A stretch of 64,000 bases of DNA, taken from contig CM119263.1 in the NCBI GenBank assembly GCA_051294375.1, positions 5,844,382 to 5,908,381 of the forward strand, read 5' to 3'. Below are positions 15,243 through 29,272 of this stretch, in pieces. The notes under the pieces are model-generated. The model saw nothing but the letters and a program-made list of their open reading frames with translations, searched no databases and was not told the origin of the DNA. Source of the DNA: Paraspadella gotoi. Taxonomy: Eukaryota > Animalia > Chaetognatha. Both the position numbers and the translations under genes were made by a program. Within the stretch, counting starts at the first letter, position 1. Each line of letters opens with the position of its first letter.

Positions 15243-15986
15243 CCACGGAATTTCGCGCAAAGTGAGAGGCTCGTCTTGAGCCTTTTTAATACATTTATGT
15301 TCATAATTTAATCAATAGATACTAACCGAATTGAATTTTATTTTAGATTTCTTCACAAATTCTGCTCGATCCGATAACTCGGGCAAGATACATAAGATAT
15401 TTTTTTACGCGACAACGTAGTCATAATGCGTCATCCGTCGTTGTCGTCGTCATCATCGTCGGTCGTCGTCGTTTTCACTCGTACTGCGCACATCTCCACA
15501 TCGTCGTCGTCGTCGTTACAATCATCGTTTTAACATCGTCGTCGTCGTCGTTGTCGTCGTCATTATCGTTTTCACATCGTCGTCGTCTTCTTAATTATCA
15601 TCGTCATCGTCGTCGCCGTCGTCATTGCCGTCTCTGAAAATGTAACAGTCGGTCGAGGGTTGTACTGGGACAAAGTTCCTTCTCGTCTTCATCTTAATCG
15701 TAGTCATCCTCACAGACTGGGTCGTCGTCGTCGTCGTCGTCGTCGTCCCTGGCCCGTCCAGACACGCCCTTCTCTACCTTTTCCCCCCAGAAGTCTCGAA
15801 GATTGAAGGAGAGTCGATGAAAAAATGAGTTAGCGATGACCCTTGGGTCCACGGGGCAGCTTAAGGGCACGGGGGGGAATTGAGGGGCGCAAGGGGGGAG
15901 GGAGGGGGGAGCGACGGGGGGAGGATGAATTACTCTCGTCCATGGGAAGAGATTTTCACTTCATCACTGATTTTTTTTCTCTCTTT

Positions 15987-16036
<50 letters not shown>

Positions 16037-17967
16037 TCTCCCTCTCTCTTTCTCTCTCTTAAAGTTTCTATGGGAAATGAAAGTCTGAGTAAAAATGTAG
16101 TTGATGCTCCAGTTGAGTTTCCGTTTATCAGATCTAAAATTAACTTGAAAATTAAAAAAAATATAAATTTATATTTAAATTTTTTTGTAAAGTTCTAGTA
16201 TTATCAACGTATATCATTAAAATAAATAAACGTACTTACTAAAATATTTAAACGTACTTTTAGGACTAACTTAAAGAATTAACTTTAAAAAAAAAACACC
16301 ACACCTAATTTTGCGTTTCCCTTTTTTTGTTTTCTCTTTGTTTCTTTTTTTTCCTGTTTTTTGTTTGCTTTACTTTTTTTTAAAACTTTTTTCTTACTTT
16401 CAGTTTCTCTTCCATTTCCCAAAACAGAAATAAAATTTGCAATGGAAAATAATACACGCCCGACACTCAGGGAGCTTAAAAGAGAAAAGGAGAAGAGAGG
16501 AGAGGAAAAGAGAGGAGAAAAGAGAGGAGAGGAGAAGAGAAGAGAAAAGAAGGGAAGGGAGGGGAGGAGAAGAGAGGATAGGAGAAGATAGGAGAGGAAA
16601 AGAGAGGGGAGGAGAAGAGAGGAGAGAAGAAGAGAGAAGAAGGGAAGAGAGAAGAAGAGAGGGGAGAGAATATGAGAGCAGAGTGGGGAGAGGGAACGGA
16701 GAGGAGAAAAGATAGAAGAAAAAGAGGAGAGAGAATTTAAAGATGGATAGAGAGAAGCCAAGAAAAGTAAGAAGAAAACGAAGAGAATATAAAAAGAGAT
16801 AAAAGATAAGATGAGGAAAGAGAGAAAAGTCAATAAAAGGTAAGAAAATTATGAGGTAAGGAAGGAAAAAGAAAAGAAACAAAGGAGAAAAAAAAAGAAA
16901 AGAACGAGAAAAAGAAAAGAAAGAAAAAAAGAAAAGAAAGAAAAAAGAAAAAAAAGAAAAAAGATAAGAAAAAAAAAGATAAGAAAGAAAAAAAGAAAAG
17001 ATAGAAAAAAAGAAAAGATAGAAAAAAAGAAAAGAAAGAAAAAAAGAAAAGAAAGAAAGAAAAAAGGAAAGAGTTTCAATGACGACAAAATGCGAGCGGC
17101 GGACGGAAACAATGGAGGAAGAGCAACTCAATGTTATTTGAATATAAAAGGGAAGAGGAAGAAGAAAACGAGAGAGATTCCACAGAATTTCGCCGCAAAG
17201 CGTGAGAGGCTCGTCTTGAGCCTTTTTAAATACTTTATGATCAGTTTGTTCACAATGTCAATCCGTTAGATTACTAACCGTAAATTGAATTTTGTTTTAG
17301 ATTTCTTACGACAATTCTTTCGATCCGGATAAACTCGGGCCAAATGACATCAAGATATTTTTTTACGCGACAACGTCAGTCATAATGCGTCATCCCGTCG
17401 TTGTCGTTGTCATCATCGTCGCTCGTCGTCGTTTTCACAACATCGTCCGACGTCGTCGTCATCCAATCGTTTTCACATCGTCGTCGTCGTCGTCGTTGTC
17501 CGTCGTCATTTAGCGTTTTCTCACATCGTCGTCGTCTTCTGATTATCCATCGTCAATCGTCGTTCGCCGTCGGTCATCTGCGTCTCTGAGAAATGTAACA
17601 GTCGGTCGAGGGTTGTACGTGGGACATAAGTCCTTCTCGTCTCATCTTAATCGTAGTCACTCCCTCACAGACTGGGTCGGTCGTCGTCGTCGTTCGGCGT
17701 CGTCGTCCGCCGCCCGTCCAGAACAGACGTCCCCTTCTCTACCTTTTTCCCCCGCAGAAGTCTCGAAGAATGAAGGAGAGTCGATGAAAGAAATGAGTTA
17801 GCGATGACCCTTGGTCCACGGGGGCAGCTTAAGGCGAACGGCGGGGAATTGAGGGGCGCAAGGGGGAGGGGAGGGGTGAAGGACGGGGGGAGGATGAATT
17901 ACTTCTCGTCCCATGGGAAGAGATTTTCACTTCATCCTGATTTTTTTTTCTCTCTTTTCTCTCTCTA

Positions 17968-18007
<40 letters not shown>

Positions 18008-19930
18008 GTTCTCTTCGTTCTCTCTCTCTCTCTCTTCTCTCTGCTACTAAAATGCACAAAACTAAACACCAAGAATCTCTTTTGATAGCGGAGATACGGT
18101 ATGCTTAGAGTGTGGCAAAAAACTTCAAAGGATCTTTAAAAGAAATCTGTGAAACAATGTAGACCAATCTGTTCGTGATGAAGCAACACCGTCTCAATTA
18201 TTGCGGTTAATGGAAAAACATAGAACTTTCTAGAAGACGACAATAAAAGCGAATTCAGAGAAACTTACTTCTAAAGATAGCTTCAAAACTTTTGAAAATA
18301 ATTGGTAATAAATTGAAATGTATGGAATGTAAAAAATGAAAAGGTTCCATTATAAACTTAAGATATCTGTATAATAGAATTTTTATTTTCATTTTACCAT
18401 TTCCTCGATTTTATTTATTTAATGAATTTTTAATTGTTTTTTATATTTTTTTACATACTTGTATGTACATAATATCCATGTACGGCTTCTCTTACGATGC
18501 CCCTGTGATTGTTAAATGTGTTTTTTATTAACATTATGAGCAGAATAACATCAAACATACAAATTCAAAACTCAATCTCGTCTCTACTCTCTCTCTCGAT
18601 CGCTCTCTCTTCTCTTCTCAGTCTCTTCCAGTCCACTCTCTCTCTCTCTCTCTCATCTTTTCGCGTCTCCTCTCTCTCGTCTTCGTCTCTCTCTCTCTCT
18701 CTCATCCTCTCTTCTTCTCTCGCCTGGAGAGTCTCTTACGCTCCGTCATTTCTCTCTCTTAAAAGTTTTTGGGAAATGAAAGTCTGAGGAAAAATGTAGT
18801 TACTGATGCTCACAGTGAGTCGTTTATCCAGATGCTTAAAAATGTAACTTGAAAATTAAAAAAATATAAATTTATGATTATAAATTTTTTTGTAAAAGTT
18901 CTAGTATTATCAACGTATATATTAACAGGATAAACGGTACTTACTAAAAAATATTAACGTACTTTTAGGACTAAATTTTAAAGAATGAAACTAAAAAAAA
19001 CAAAAAAAGCGCCACACCATAATTTTGCGTTTTCCCTTTTTTCTTTGTATGTCTCTCTTGTTTCTTTTTTTTTTCCTGCTTTTTTTTGTTGCTATTTACT
19101 TTTTTTTTAAAAGCTTTGTTTCTTACTTGTCCAAGTTTCTCGTTCCATTTCCGCAAAACAGAAAGTAAAATTTGCAATGGAAATAATACACGTCCGACAC
19201 TCTAGGGGAGGCTTAAAAAGAAAAGCGGAAGAAGCGCAGAGGAAAGGAGAGGAGAAAAGGAGGAGAGGAGAAAGAAGAGAGAAAGAAAAAGGGAAGGGAG
19301 GGGAGGAGAAGAGAGGATAGGAGAAAGAATAGGAGAGGAAAGAGACCAGGGGAGGAGAAGAAGAGGCAGAGAATGACAGAGAGAGAAGGGAAGAGAGAAA
19401 GATAAGAGGGGAGAGAAGTATGACGGCAGAGTGGGGAGAGGGAAACGGAGAGAGAAAAAGATAGAAGAAAAGAGGAGAGAGAATCATTCCAGGATGGACA
19501 GAGAGGGCCAAGAAACGTACGAGAACCGCACGGGAGAATATATAAAAGAAGAAGAACAAGATAAGATGAGGAAGAGAGACAAAGTATAAGGTAGAAAATT
19601 ATGAGGGTACGCGAGGAAAAGAAAAGCAAACAAAGGAGAAAAAAATAAAAAAAGACCGAGAAAAGAAAAGCAAAGAAAAAGAACAAGAAAGAATAAAAAG
19701 AGAAAAAAAAGAAAAAAAGATAAGAAAAAAAAAAGATAAGCAAAGAAAAAGGAAAAGATAGAAAGAAAAGAAAAGTGATAGAAAAAAGAAAAGAAAGGGA
19801 AAAAAAGAAAAAAAAAGAAAGAAAAAGAAAAAAGAGGAAACGAGTTTCAATGAGCATGGCGAGGAGGACGGAAACAATGGAGGAAGAGCACTGCAATGAT
19901 ATTTTGAATATAGAAAGGGAAGAGGAAGAA
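15243..19930. repeat. Noisy tandem direct duplication (15243-17160 vs 17180-19930)
   Basis: Both copies start ccac(g/a)gaatttcgc...gtgagaggctcgtcttgagcc and stay colinear; the second is insertion-rich and has an extra ~550 nt at ~18045-18600. Confidence 0.8.
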
Positions 19931-20283
19931 AAATTGATTCTATGCACTGCGCCGTCGGCGACTTCAAAAGCAAGTGAAAGACGAAAGAGGAAGAAGATGA
20001 GAAGGAGAGAAGAGAGAAGAGAGAGAGAGAGAGAGAGAAGAGAGAGAGGAGAGAGAGAGAGAGAGCACTCTAGAGAGAAATCAAGGAATATGGCTTGACT
20101 CGAGGGATGGGGAGAAAGAGAGCGTGGGATCGGGGGGAAAGAAAGAAGGGCAGAAAGAAACGAAAGAAGAAGAAAGAAAGAAAGANNNNNNNNNNNNNNN
20201 NNNNNNNNNNAGATTTTCTATGCACTGCGCCGTCGGCGGACTTAAAAGAAGTGAAAGACGAAAGAGGAGAGGAGAGACGAGAG

Positions 20284-20320
<37 letters not shown>

Positions 20321-20646
20321 GAAGAGAGAGAGAGAGAGAAGGCAACATGAACAAGGCACTCGAGAAAATCAAGGAATGGGCTCTGGCTTGACTCGAGGCA
20401 AGATGGACGAGAGACCAAGAGACCGGTGGGACAGAGAGAGAAAGAAAGAAAGAAAAGAAAACGAAAGAAAGAAAAGAAAGAAAGAAAGAAAGAAAGAAAG
20501 AAAAGAAAGAAAGAAAGAAATATAAAAAAAAATAAACAATGTGAAAAATATTGTTAATTCACAACTTAATCCTAATAAAATCGTTGTTCAAAAATATAAC
20601 TAAAAATCAAACTCTCTCTCTACCACCATCACAACACCACACGCAG

Positions 20647-20677
<31 letters not shown>

Positions 20678-20917
20678 AAATATAAAAATAAACAATGTGA
20701 AAAATATTGTTAATTCACAAGTCCTAATAAAATCGTTGTTCAAAACTAAAATCAAACTCTCTCTACATCACAAACACAACGAAAGAAAGGATTTACACAA
20801 AGAATAAACAAAGAATATAAATTCCGTGACGGAGTTCGAAGCCAAGTCAAGTTTATCGAGTTTGTTAAAGCGTCGAGTTCTCATCTTCAAACCAGAGCTT
20901 TTTGTTTTATCTTAACT

Positions 20918-21177
20918 TGTAGTCGGGCATTGCCAAGGTTCACCCCGCCTATAAGCATGACTCTTTCAGTTGTGACCCGGTGGCTCATTGAGTAAAGCCG
21001 GTACCGGGTTCAATCCCAACCCGGTGCCTACCCTGCGGGAAGAGTGAGGACGGCCGTAAGCAGCCTTGGGGGCGTGGCAAACCCTCAAGCCTGGTTCCAA
21101 GCCCAACACCCGTTCCATGTCTGTTAGAGGGGGTTATAGAAGTTATAGTAGTCCTCCTTCTGCCCCACTTAACCACA
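20918..21177 (+). mobile_element. Solo LTR, family 2 (tRNA-like head plus P1-type twister-like motif at 21052-21135), TSD AACT
   Basis: aact|TGTAGTCGGG...AACCACA|aact; A box TGGCTCATTGAG, B box GGTTCAATCC; similar to 47141-47432. Confidence 0.85.
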
Positions 21178-22351
21178 AACTTCACTTCTGTTGTTAAAAT
21201 TGCGTATCGTTTTCAGGGCGCCTTACTCTCTTTCGCAACCCGCGCGCCATCTTCCTTGCGCCATCCTTCCAGGGGTGCCAACTGCAGCGGCGCCAAATTC
21301 CAGGTCAACCACGAAAATCACGATATTACAAATATCTACCCGACGAGACTAAAAGACCGACCGACCGACTGTCGAGAAAGAAAAACTATCTTGTCAGTCG
21401 TTTCGATGAAAACAGAGGTACGGCAAAAAAATAAAATACAGCTCAAAAAAAAGAGAAAGAAAAAGAAAATAGAATGGGAACAAAAAAGAATAAAATAAAG
21501 GGAGAAAACAAAAAGAAAGTGACAAAAAATAAATGTATGAAAAACAAACGACCACATCAGTTTTAATAAAAACATAATTAAAATAATTAAAGAATATAAA
21601 AGCTACACTACAACAACAACAACAGCAGCAAACAAGATATTGTGACAATTAAGTACAAATAAAAAGAGAAAACGCGTTGTTTAGGAAACCGTATACTCAG
21701 TAAAAAAAAAACATCTAAACTGGACGACACCGCAACGATAACGACGACATAACGACGACCGAAAACGACGATAATGTCTCGGCTGAAATGATGATGTTGG
21801 ACGAAATGAGCGACGACAACGAAGACCGACGACAACGACGACGACATTTCAAGACCGCGCCCCCTCGTAAAGTTCTAATGCCAAAACAACGGCGTCGACG
21901 TCTTCTTCGTCGTCATCGTCGTCGTCATCGTTCGTCGTTTCGTTGAACCTTTGACCCGAATGTTGAAAAAACGCAAGAAAAGGTATTTGAAGCTGAGTAG
22001 GGATGAAGTCGAGGATAATCATATGGTGAGAAGGGGTGAAGCAGATTTGGGTCTACTTCTTTTTGGCTACATCGGCTATTTTTTATATTTTATATTATAT
22101 TCCTTCTTTCTTATATTCTCATCCTTTTAATAGCTGAAAATTTTCAAGTCAAGCTTAACATTATTTGCAATATTATCTACAGGATTAATCCTATGCAGTT
22201 GTTGTAGAATGTAGATGTCACGCACCTGTAGTATAATATTTAAAAGACATTCAGTGACATTCTAGACAATAATTTAATTTAAACATGTAAAGAGCGAGAA
22301 CGAGAGTGAGATCTATCTAGACATCTATCTTTCTGCTTGAATTTTTTTAAT

Positions 22352-22427
<76 letters not shown>

Positions 22428-23184
22428 CCGTTGACGTCATCCCTAACGATTTTCGAAAATACAAACGCGGAACGAAGATGACGGAGGTGGAACCGCAGCA
22501 CTGATCCCCAATTCCTTCGACGGGAGAATTGGGGATCAGCAGACTTGGGGATCAGCGACCGAAGAGAGCAGGAATTTTGGCGCAACAGACTCATCATGGA
22601 ATCGGGAGGGATCACAAGGGGGAAGGGGGAGGGAAGGGGGGAGGAAAGGGGACAGGGGAAGACTGGGAGGGGTAGGAAGGGGGTGGGGGCCTGAGGGGGG
22701 AGAGAGAGAGAGGGATGGGTTAGTCAACTTGGGGAAATATAGGGTAGGGAAAGAGAAATTGGGGAAAGGGAATATGAAAAGAGGAAAAGGTCTATTGGAA
22801 TGGGAATGGAGAAAATTAAGGGGGGAATCGGAAGAAGGAGAGGAAATTAGGATGATAGTAATTTTGGAAAAAAAGTAAAAATGGAATCGAATTTGGGAAC
22901 TATAAATCAGGTTAACAGGGTTTGGAATTGTGAAAACAGACGAGGTTAAGGGTAAGCCGTTTATAAACTATTCTTGATAACGAATGTAAAATCATAATTT
23001 GTGAAACGTTTAAGCTTATCACAGAAAGAAAATCTGAAAATAGAATTGAATCCAAATTCAAGAAATGATAAAAATAGTTGTTATGCTTAAAAATTTTATA
23101 CAAATTATTTTCAGTACAATATCGTTCAAAATTAGTTTCGTTATTATCGTTTTCCTGTAGCGATTTATGTCGAGCGACGATAAA

Positions 23185-23372
23185 CGAACGACGACGAACG
23201 ACGACAACGACGACGACGACACGACGACGTGGCACTGAGAAAGCTTGCATAGAGAGAACGAGACGACGACGACGATGACGACGACGTCACACTTGAAGAA
23301 AGCTTGCAAAGAGAGACGATGACGACGACGACGATGACGAGCGACGTCACACTGAGAAAGCTTGCGTAGAGA
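23185..23372 (+). repeat. Short tandem repeat of ~60-nt units, cactgagaaagcttgc.agagag plus (ACG)n
   Basis: Core AAAGCTTGC at ~23239, 23299 and 23357. Confidence 0.7.
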
Positions 23373-24103
23373 GACTCCAGGTTGAACCTCCCGCTCTTTC
23401 TGCGTCGTCGTCGTCGTCCGTCGTCGTCGTCGTCGTCAGTCGTAGTCGTCGGCGACTTGACGTGAAGAGAGTTCTCTGGTCTTCGGCGACAATACACAAC
23501 AACAAAAAACAAACAAATTTCAACAACAACAAACCAGTGAGAGCACATTAAAGACAAGCATTTACTAATTATAACTTATTTTTTATTATTTTAATTAATA
23601 ATTAATCTTTACTTTAATATAACTTAATTTTCTATCAATTCAATCAATTTCAACCAAGTAATGATAATTCTTTTTATTCTTGGTAAATTAATAATTAAGA
23701 CAAAAAGCACATACTGTAATTAAAATTAAACATAATTCGATGAGTACATTGAATATGATTTTTCAGTGGTTATTTTTGTCAAATAAACATTTTGAATGCA
23801 AAATATTGCAAATGCTAGTAAACATAACACTCTAATAAGGGGAGATGAATAGAATTCTAAAATTATGTTGTTCAAAGAAAAACACCCATATCAATGAATA
23901 TATATATATATTATTTTCGTCTTCTACATATACAAATTTATGCAGGTACATATAAAATCAGTTCATGAGGTTTTTATTCTAAAAGCACATAGTGTTCTAT
24001 TATCCCCTGAGCGGCGTTGTCATGAACCAAACAGTTATATAAAGTGTTATTTAAAATCAATATTAGCATAAATGCGACGGTCATTAACTATATCTACACT
24101 ATC

Positions 24104-27100
24104 TTATATTTGGAAACCTTCGTTCATGTACAAATTTTCCTCATCCTTGTTATTTTTGTTATTATTTTTTTTAGGTCTTTCTTTGTCATCAACAAATTTT
24201 TCCTCTTCAATCTTAAGCGTTTCAGGTTCTCGCTCTGGAATATGTTCTTGTATATCTTCGTATAAGTTTCCTTCTCTGGAAGTTTCTTCCTCATCCCTAA
24301 TTGATAGTTCAAACCGATCTTTTTCTTCAATTCCATCCCTAATAGATTGTTCAAACCGATCTTTTTCTTCAGTTCCATCTTCTTGACCTGTTGACAAATC
24401 TTCATCCACTTTTTCCGTCTTTAATTGAACGTAATCTATGACTAAAACAACATTGTGAAAAAACCCTAAAAAGACTTCAACAATTGCCAAATATCCAACG
24501 TACATGAACGCAAAAGTGATGAAATTATAGTCATAACGGAGGTTAATGTAAGGCCCTCTTTGATCAGTTGTAGTTTCGAACTTGACATTAAAGTCTTGAG
24601 AGTAGAGTCGCTGTATAACGCCATTCCAATATGGACGCGTTGGCATAACAAAGAGTTCTTCAAAGTTATTTGCATGAAATGTGATTCGGTTTTTGGGATT
24701 TTCATCACAGCCTCGATATATATGAAGGATAATGAGAGGAAGCAAGAAGTAGAGTATGTTTAAAATAGAACCGATTATGAACCAGACAAGAAAATGAAGT
24801 TTTTTTTTGGCCCGGCTGGTCATCTGGACAGCAGTTGTCGGGGTCACAATACGAAATACAATGAAACATATTATGGTAATGATGCCTTTGTAAGATCTGA
24901 CTTTTACTATGCCCTGGTACATATCACTGAGATAAAGGGTTAGAAAGAGTGGGCCACCAACTGCCCAAATCATAAATGGGAGGCGAATGGCAAGCAAGAA
25001 CGAAAATGGCGGCCTTTTATTAACCTTAAATGTCATTGTAAAGCCAAACTTGCAGATACTTTTGAAAAACTGAATCAGGGGAAGTATCAGATGAACGAGG
25101 CATGGGGCTTGATAACAATCCGAAACGTAGCACTTTGCATTTGTATTTAGCAGCTGATGATCAAGGAGGTAAGGTGGTAAGCAACTGTCCAAGTTTGCAA
25201 TCCAGTGCTGACATTGGCATGGCGCCTTTTTTGAGCAGGTTCCGGCTCGATAGAATATGTCATCAGTATCCTCCATTGTGGAGTTTTTAACTGAGTCTTG
25301 CTTTAACAAGAAGTCTTCCTTTTCTGGAACAAAGGACGTGAGAGAAAATCTTTGGTATTGGTTGTCGTCAAGAAATTTAAAGTCAGGGCGGCTAAGAACA
25401 AAGCTTGGGGGTAAGCAGATATGATCACTTCCCAACAACTCTGAGAGAATGTGGCTTCCAAGAACAAGATTGGCCAATGTCTCCATGGAAGTAATGAATT
25501 GAAAAAATATTAAAATGTTCTTTTTTCGCTTCACTTCAAAAGTAATTTTAAAAGCGTCATTTTTATGGCTTTCAGTCATTTGCTTCTCCGCTTCTGCCAA
25601 ATCTTCTTCTAATATGGTTTCCGTTTGATTTAATAGTGCAAATATTATCGTTTTAATCATACCTTTATCTCTTAATTTTAAGAATATGTCCTCTTGTGGC
25701 CTAAATTGTTTCCAAAAAACAACTACTATACAGAAGGACACAAATTTCAAAAGCCATGTAACCCCAATAATAACAAAAGTAATTCCGGCCCACCATACAT
25801 CTTTTCGTTGATAATACCCAAATCCTATTAAAACATCAATGATTTTTAGATTTGCTATGAAATTTAAAATCCATTTGTATTTCTCAAGTAACTTCTTCGC
25901 TGAAGAGTCATTTTGACTTTCTTTTTCTTCCTTTTTTTCTTCCTCTTTTTGGACTGGCTTTTTCTTCAAAAATTTCATTTGACTGGGTTCCCATTTCAAA
26001 ATAAATACAAAAACGATGTTTGTCAAAAAAGTAATAAGAACTGACGCAAGAAGTATTACAACCTGCTTTTTATCATAACCACAGACAATTACATCCCAGA
26101 AATCTTGTATTTTCTGTCCTTGAACCAAAATTCTCTGTCTGATACCAGGGGATACCGACCATATTTTAGAAAATGAATTTGATTCATTTGATTCTAAGTT
26201 ACCATTAATAAACCATTTTGTGTTTTCTTGGGAATCATTAACTCGATACTCAACTTGTTCACTGTGATAATGGAATTGATAAAATCGTATTTGCTTTTGA
26301 TCTACAGCAAGACGAGTTCTTATATCAGCTGAGCATTTGATGAAGCTTAGGTTGTCTGTGTCACTCTTTTTATTTTTTCTGTTTGGTGCTTTTAAATATT
26401 TTTTTAAACGTTGATCATTTGTTAACACAATAGCTGTTCCATTAGTAAACACTTGTTCTATTTGATAATTTTGAGCAAATTTACCAAAATCACAAGTCAA
26501 TTTCAATTCATGCTTTTCTTCTTTGCTGTTATCAAAAATCGTGGAAGCGTCAATTCCATACTTAGTGTAATCAAAGTATTGACAATTGATTCCAAAAAAA
26601 CCTTCCAAGCATTTACAAGAGTGCTGTAATATCACTTTATTACTGACAGAAACGCACTCTCCACCGTATAAACAAGGATTTCCATCACATGGATCCAGAC
26701 TAATTGAAATATTTGCTCTTGAATATTTTTTTTGCACTAGACTATATCTTAGCTCAGTGAGCACAGTGCACACGTATTCTCCCGTATTCTTCATAGAAAT
26801 ATTAGTAAGTCTTAAAGGAAGAGTTTTTACATTGTATTTTTTTAGCACAAGACGGTTTTCAAAGGTCCATCGCATTTCAATATCCAGCGATGGATCATAA
26901 TCCACTGAGCATGGTAAACTTATTGACGCTCCAGGCGCAACAATCGTGTCTTTTGGTCTCTCAGTAAATTTCAGTTTCCTTGTTACATTTAAACTGACTG
27001 ACTGACTTACTGACTCACCGACCGAATTGTCTGCTTTGCAAGTGTACAATCCAGCATCTTCGATACCCACGTTGTGAACAATTAACACGGACTCAATTAC

Positions 27101-28383
27101 AATTATTCCACTGGCATTGATCGTTTTCACAATCCTCTGCATTCGTTTCTCCGATAATTCTGTTTCTTCTTTAAACCATCGAATCACAGGCAGAGGATCT
27201 CCAATTGCTCGACACTCGAAACGAGCCAAAGCCTCAACAACGAATCTATCTGTTACTCTTTGTGCCTCAGAAATGAAAACGATCGTTGGTTCCAATTCTA
27301 CTTTCTCCAATGGAGCCTTTAAAAGGCAAGAAGTCCAACCATCGCCCGTAAAATCAGGTTTGCAAAAGCAATCGCGACATTCAACGCAACCATCTGCCAA
27401 AGCAAGACTCTCATCTGTCGTCATAAATCGGCATTCAGCATTTTCTGCACAGGGTCTGTGCACTTGAGAAACTCGCCTCCTTGGAATAAATGGCTCCATT
27501 CTATCTTCTTCAAAAAAATTCTGACAGTTTGTTTCATTGTAAGGATAACAAGGGTGGTGACCGACGCCTCTGCCCACAAATCCAAATTCCGAGTTACAAG
27601 AGCAAAATCTAGATCCTCTGCTGTTCACACAAATTGCGCGTGGAATCGATGTGGAGCAGCCACCGTTGTTGACTTTGCATTCATCCACATCCTCGCAGCC
27701 AGAAAAACCAACTCCGTTACCTACAAATCCTTTGGGACAAGCACAAGTTCTTGATCCCAATGTATTGATGCACCTTGCCACATAATGGCAGCCACCATTT
27801 AGTGTTGCTGATGAACACTCATTAAAGTCCACACAAGACATGGATCCATTTGTGAGAGTGGAGTTGAAGCCATCCCAACATCGACATGTTTTGCTCCCAG
27901 GAATATTGGTGCAATTTGAATAAAGAGGGCATCCCCCATTTACGGTTTCCACACATTCGTTAATATCGAGACAAACTTCATGAGTCTCCTTTCCAGGTTT
28001 CTTTACAGACCTGAACCCAGATTTGCAGATGCAGACTCTTGAACCTGGGATATTGGTGCAGTTAGCCACGGCGTCGCATCTTCCGTTCTCCGCAGAATAC
28101 AAAGAGCATTCGTCAATGTCTTGGCAGCTGCCTGCACCTCCACGCACGGGCAATTGATACTGGAATCCTGGTTCGCAATTACAATGAAAAGATCCAGGGC
28201 TGTTGATGCAGGTGGAATTTCTGCCGCATGAATTGTCATTGAGGCATTCGTTGACGTCTAAGCAACCGGCGTTGCCAGTCCCGTTGCCGGTGAATCCTGA
28301 ACTGCAAGAGCAAACGACGCCGACTTCTAGAGGATAGCAAGTCGCGTTGTCGTGGCAACCACCGTTTTGAATCAGGCATGGAT
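24104..28383 (-). CDS. Terminal 4280-nt exon of a membrane protein: 7 EGF/cbEGF repeats, 2 Ig domains, 1 EGF, spacer, single TM, then an XK-related (Xkr-like) multipass region and acidic tail; 5' exons not resolved
   Basis: The frame stays open upstream of the 1349-aa track ORF to acceptor ttttccccag|AT CCA TGC (28383, phase 1). cbEGF motifs DVNEC, DIDEC, DINEC, DFNEC, DVDEC; Ig motifs FECRAIGDPLPVIRWFK...DAGLYTCKADN and LPCSVD...MRW...TGEYVC; several hydrophobic segments in the C-terminal half. Confidence 0.9.
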
Positions 28384-29202
28384 CTGGGGAAAAAAATGTT
28401 TAATAAACCGTTTATTCAAAGATTACTCCATAAATATTTTTAAAAAATCTTTACTCGTATTTAAACTTACTTTGAGTATAAACGGACAAAAAAGAAGTAT
28501 AAAAAATAATTATAAAAATCCACACACGAACAGCAAAAATAGACGTCGTTGTAAAAAAAAACATTTTCGAGAGATTTATACTTTTTTTGGTCTTTGTTCT
28601 AATTTTTTTTTTTTAAAGTCTAAGTTGATCCCAAATTTCGATTACGAATTTAAAGATTTTGACGAATTTTCTCTATCGAATGAAAACGCGAGTCTCAACC
28701 CAAACCGGTTTTTTGTTATCAAGGACGAAAGAGAAAAATACGATAGCGTGAGGAGTTATTTTAATTAATAAATTAAAACGACTAATATTAAATAATGAAT
28801 TAAGTCAATAAATATGCAATATTGCCTTCCGACTATTGGAACATTGGACAGGCTCTTGCAAGCTATTAACATATTAGCAATACCGTGTAAGCTATCTGGC
28901 AAGACTCTCACTGACTGATTTATGGTCCTTTTTAGTGAGAAAAAACAAAAATATTTAGAAAAAAAAAACCAAACAAAAAAACAAAAGCAAAGAAACGAAG
29001 AAACGAAAAAAAGAAACATTTTTGGCCCCTCAAAAAAAGAAAGACTTTTTTTTTTGAAAGAAATTGAATTCCCTGGAAACGACTTAATTACTCGCCGTCG
29101 CCGCCACCGCTCGTTGCTTAGCAACCGACGACGCACAGGCTGACGATCCGCACTAGCGGAGCAAGGGTTAAACTCGCGTAGCGTGGCGCCGATGACGTGG
29201 GG

Positions 29203-29272
<70 letters not shown>

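Noticed and set aside
16285-20525. F/L/S-rich, membrane-looking ORFs (also 35020-35953 and 36862-37491)
   Set aside because: Polypyrimidine low-complexity tracts, partly in duplicated noisy sequence.
20918-21177. Ordinary tRNA-SINE interpretation of the repeat families
   Set aside because: Shared sequence begins 35-55 nt upstream of the tRNA head, ends are TG...CA with 4-bp TSDs, there is no A-rich tail, and one copy pair encloses a PBS and PPT.
23185-23372. CRISPR-like repeat/spacer pattern (also 36200-36270 and 38345-38420)
   Set aside because: Eukaryotic context, only 2-3 units, spacers are microsatellite or absent, and no cas genes.
24395-24425. Caspase site (TEKVD/EDL) after the last TM of the Xkr-like protein
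   Set aside because: Position is suggestive but the match to a caspase-3 DxxD-G/S consensus is weak within an acidic tail.
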